Source: Escherichia phage vB_EcoM_LNA4
Sequence record: MZ311864.1
DNA: 64,000 bases
Reading direction: 5' to 3' (one strand)
The position numbers and the translations under genes are program-made. Positions 61,099 to 64,000 of this stretch are shown in pieces. The notes beneath the pieces were generated by a model, which was not told the DNA's origin, searched no databases, and saw nothing but the letters and a program-made list of their open reading frames with translations. Within the stretch, counting starts at the first letter, position 1; every line of letters begins with the position of its first letter.

Positions 61099-62802
61099 AT
61101 GTTTCCTATTCCAAGCCTGTTCCTGCTAATGGCGGGTGGTGGTACAACACCCCTACCTCCTGGCGGGGTGAAAAAGATCGCTTTCTCCAGAGAACAAACA
61201 ACTGGTGTAAAAAGGTCTATGGCTATTCTTCTAACAGACGGAAGACTATACACCCAAGGTGATAACGCGTGGGGTGAATGTGCAGACGGAACAACAAGCC
61301 CGTTCTACGACCACTGGAAACTCGCTGCAAGTAATGTAGCAGATGTTTTCGGTGTTGGGAAGGCTTTTGTAGTAAAATATAATAATGGTGGCTGGCAGTA
61401 TGCGGGGGACCAAGGACAATTTACAGGTGTCACCTCTAACATGATGGCGTGGACAAGTTTCCCATCCTCAATCACAGGGACTGTGAACCTTGCAAACCTC
61501 TCCAGTGTTATTGGTGGGGGTGGTAACACGTTGTGGTTGATGAACAATGGAACGCTGTATGGTAGCGGGTCCAATGCGAATGGGTGCCTTGGGTCAGGAA
61601 ACAGTAACTCAATCTCTATCCCAAGAACCATCAGCACCTCTTGTGTCAGGGCATACGGTCTACAGGCCTGTACTACATACCTCAACAACGTCGGTGTTCC
61701 TCGTGTCTGCGGTTCTCCATACGGGATCAATGGCTCGTTTGTTGCTATTATGAGTTATGCAAACGTAACGTTCCCAGGTGCCACAGGAACAATCTACGCA
61801 AAAGAGTGGATGTGTAACGAATCAAACACCATCGCCATTGCCTCCACCGGGGCATCAGACACAGATCACTATCTGTATACTCGTGGTATCACAACCAGTA
61901 ATGGTGCATACGAGAAAGTTGCCGGGTTTGGGCCTTTCACAACCTTCCGTGTGATCGAGGGCGGTCAGTCAAGATTCTTTATCGCTGATGATGTTTTATA
62001 TGCTCTTGGTGATTCACAGCGTACCCTTGGGCTTGGAGACACCACAACAGCGGTAACTGTGCCGACTGTTATCCCTGTGCCTACCGGGGCAGATTGGGAC
62101 CTTAGCAAGCTGACTTACGTGGCTGACATGAAAGGCGATAACCTGTCACAAGGTGGGACTATCGGGCACTGGATAGTTTATGATGGGAACCTATTCTACA
62201 CTGGGAGCGCAAAAGGATTCTTCGGGACCACAACCTCTGTCGGTAAGTTCACCAACGTTCCAGAGAACTCTTTCGAGGGTATCCGTGCCGACTCTATCAC
62301 AACAGGATCAATTGGCGTGGCGATTGTTGGTACTACGAAACAGCTTACGTGGTCTATTGATCCACCGGGGGCTGAAATCTATGACCTACAGTTTAGCTCA
62401 AGTCATCCAGAGTTTGCAACAATTGATGCGAATGGGCTTATGACCTTCGTTGCTGAGGGGGGTTTTGACATCACCATGACGGCGAAGACAGGGACAAGCG
62501 CAACAACCTTGACAGATACTTCAGGGGGTTATGCTTCAACACTTGGAATGGCTACTGATAGCCTTTCTGCGATGACTGTCGGTGAGACAAAACAGCTTGT
62601 TTATACGGTAACACCAGCGGGTGTTGAGAACCTTGACGGGTACTCTATCTCCTTCTCCAGTGAAGACCCAACGGTTGCGACAGTAAGCTCTACCGGGCTG
62701 ATCACAGCAGTTGCTGATGGTGGGACTCGTATCCATGCGACGGCAGCGGTCCAGACCGTAACAGCAGACGATAGCTCTTATCTGTCAGTGAACGCACCAT
62801 AA
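61099..62802 (+). CDS. receptor-binding/tail fibre protein with two C-terminal Big_2-like Ig domains
   Basis: 567 aa; C-terminal segments TKQLTWSIDPPGAEIYDLQFSSSHPEFATIDANGLMTFVAEGG and GETKQLVYTVTPAGV...TVATVSSTGLITAVADGG look like bacterial Ig-like group 2 domains. Confidence 0.5.
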   Translation: MFPIPSLFLLMAGGGTTPLPPGGVKKIAFSREQTTGVKRSMAILLTDGRLYTQGDNAWGECADGTTSPFYDHWKLAASNVADVFGVGKAFVVKYNNGGWQYAGDQGQFTGVTSNMMAWTSFPSSITGTVNLANLSSVIGGGGNTLWLMNNGTLYGSGSNANGCLGSGNSNSISIPRTISTSCVRAYGLQACTTYLNNVGVPRVCGSPYGINGSFVAIMSYANVTFPGATGTIYAKEWMCNESNTIAIASTGASDTDHYLYTRGITTSNGAYEKVAGFGPFTTFRVIEGGQSRFFIADDVLYALGDSQRTLGLGDTTTAVTVPTVIPVPTGADWDLSKLTYVADMKGDNLSQGGTIGHWIVYDGNLFYTGSAKGFFGTTTSVGKFTNVPENSFEGIRADSITTGSIGVAIVGTTKQLTWSIDPPGAEIYDLQFSSSHPEFATIDANGLMTFVAEGGFDITMTAKTGTSATTLTDTSGGYASTLGMATDSLSAMTVGETKQLVYTVTPAGVENLDGYSISFSSEDPTVATVSSTGLITAVADGGTRIHATAAVQTVTADDSSYLSVNAP

Positions 62803-62808
62803 CAAAAA

Positions 62809-62835
62809 GGCTCCCAATCGGGAGCCTTTCTTTTT
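62809..62835. terminator. bidirectional terminator GGCTCCC-AATC-GGGAGCC
   Basis: Hairpin flanked by an A-run and a T-run, between the convergent receptor-binding and HNH genes. Confidence 0.6.
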
Positions 62836-63265
62836 ATACAGCGTTCTTTGCTTCGCCGTGTTGCCTGTGCCACTCTTCATGATGAATAGGGCATAGCCAC
62901 ATAACCTCTAAAGGTTTATCATAATCACAATGATGAGCCTGTACATCTTCACTTCCGCAAACCCCACAGGGCTGTTTTAATAGCTTGCCGTCACGGATTG
63001 CGTTACCTGTTTTTATATGCACAGATCTCTTCTTCGGATTCTTCTCAATATACTTCCGTTTTGCACGAGTCGCAGCCTCTTTCCCGATACCTTTAACGTA
63101 TCGCTCTTTCATTGCTTTACGCTCAGGATTTTGGTCCCTTACCCGATCACGCTCTCTGAGACAAACCCTACACGAAGCGGTTAAGCCATCTCTCGATGCT
63201 GCCCTTTTTCCAAACTCTTGCGGGGATTTAAGCTCCCCGCAATTGCTACAATGCTTATAAGTCAT
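62834..63265 (-). CDS. HNH endonuclease, possible homing endonuclease
   Basis: CSNCG...SCRVC zinc-finger-like N-terminus and CGVCGSEDVQAHHCDYDKPLEVMWLCPIHH core. Confidence 0.5.
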   Translation of the reverse strand: MTYKHCSNCGELKSPQEFGKRAASRDGLTASCRVCLRERDRVRDQNPERKAMKERYVKGIGKEAATRAKRKYIEKNPKKRSVHIKTGNAIRDGKLLKQPCGVCGSEDVQAHHCDYDKPLEVMWLCPIHHEEWHRQHGEAKNAV

Positions 63266-63270
63266 TGATT

Positions 63271-64000
63271 CTAAAAGGGAATATCGTCATCGAAGTCCAT
63301 TGGGGGAGTGTCGTCGAAGTCAACAGGCGGTGCCTGAACTGTACCGCTCAGAGGCTCCTGTACGGGCTGTGACGGCTTCTGACCTTCTTCCTGTGCAGTT
63401 GCACTAGCATAGGCATAGAACGTCGCTGCAAGGGCATACGCTTCGCGTGTTGCCTTCTCAAGTTCATCTGCGTCGATAGTCTTGCCTTTAACAGCAATTG
63501 TCGTTACAGCAAACTTAACCGCATTGCCAACTGTCTGGCCTACATCCTTACCTTCAACCTCTGACAGTTCTTTAATCAGCTTGGTTGTGACATCATGTAC
63601 CACCTTACCAGCAGCCTCTACATCACCTTTAAAGCCGGAAAGCTTCAGGTTAACGAGGGCATTCATGGCATGACCAGCAGACACACCGACAGGATCATAA
63701 GGTGTACGCTTACCTTTTCCCCCTGCTCCACCACCCTGACCAGCAGGGCCATAGGCCTTGAAGCTGTTGATGATGTTACCAGTTCCCAGATCAACGAATG
63801 CCGCCAGACGACCACCTACAGATACCTCTGCCAGTTGCTCATCAGAGAGAACTACACGACCCTCACCTTGTTTCTCATCGTTCACAACTGCAACGTTGCC
63901 TTCGATAGACAGGATTTCGCCGTAGATCTTAGCACCCTTTCCACCACCAACCTGTGCAGGAGCACTTGACTGCGGAGGTGCGGCATCTGCCGGGGCATCA
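63271..64000 (-). CDS. SSB-like protein with acidic DFDDDIPF C-terminal tip (5' end beyond window)
   Basis: C-terminus ...VDFDDTPPMDFDDDIPF resembles the bacterial SSB tail; Gly-rich linker GQGGGAGGKGK; the reading frame stays open upstream of the track's GTG to the window end. Confidence 0.4.
   Translation of the reverse strand, partial: DAPADAAPPQSSAPAQVGGGKGAKIYGEILSIEGNVAVVNDEKQGEGRVVLSDEQLAEVSVGGRLAAFVDLGTGNIINSFKAYGPAGQGGGAGGKGKRTPYDPVGVSAGHAMNALVNLKLSGFKGDVEAAGKVVHDVTTKLIKELSEVEGKDVGQTVGNAVKFAVTTIAVKGKTIDADELEKATREAYALAATFYAYASATAQEEGQKPSQPVQEPLSGTVQAPPVDFDDTPPMDFDDDIPF

Noticed and set aside
1-64000. Prophage, integrase or transposase signatures
   Set aside because: No integrase, recombinase, transposase, inverted terminal repeats or host-like genes were seen; the content reads as a strictly lytic phage, with HNH endonucleases the only candidate mobile genes.

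Overview
This window reads as a contiguous piece of a virulent tailed-phage genome (myovirus-like), with three blocks. (1) 1-12150, minus strand: early/metabolic genes, including an RNase H-fold nuclease, a 5'-3' exonuclease, HNH endonucleases, a NADAR-domain protein, an SPFH lipoprotein, an ATP-dependent DNA ligase, a Sir2-like protein and a metallophosphoesterase. (2) 12150-23150, plus strand: a divergent AT-rich control region, an HTH regulator, a Prs-like plus NadV-like NAD+ enzyme pair, then a large tRNA array (about 23 well-formed tRNAs plus several non-canonical tRNA-like elements) interspersed with small ORFs and sigma70-like promoters. (3) 23160-62800, plus strand: an HNH endonuclease, a Pol-beta-type nucleotidyltransferase translationally coupled to an i-spanin/o-spanin pair, then a complete morphogenesis module (large terminase, portal, scaffold, decoration, lambda-E-like major capsid, collagen-like fibre, sheath, tube, frameshifted chaperone, tape measure, baseplate, tailspike and fibre genes). 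The right end has a minus-strand HNH endonuclease and an SSB-like gene that runs off the window. The gene content resembles Felix-O1-like phages, but that is inference from memory, not a database result. The most interesting candidates are the NAD+/ADP-ribose toolkit (Prs-like + NadV-like pair, Sir2, NADAR), the unusual tRNAs, and the nucleotidyltransferase in the spanin operon. All protein functions are inferred by eye from motifs and gene order; no searches were run. tRNA coordinates and anticodons were folded by hand and need tRNAscan-SE/ARAGORN confirmation.
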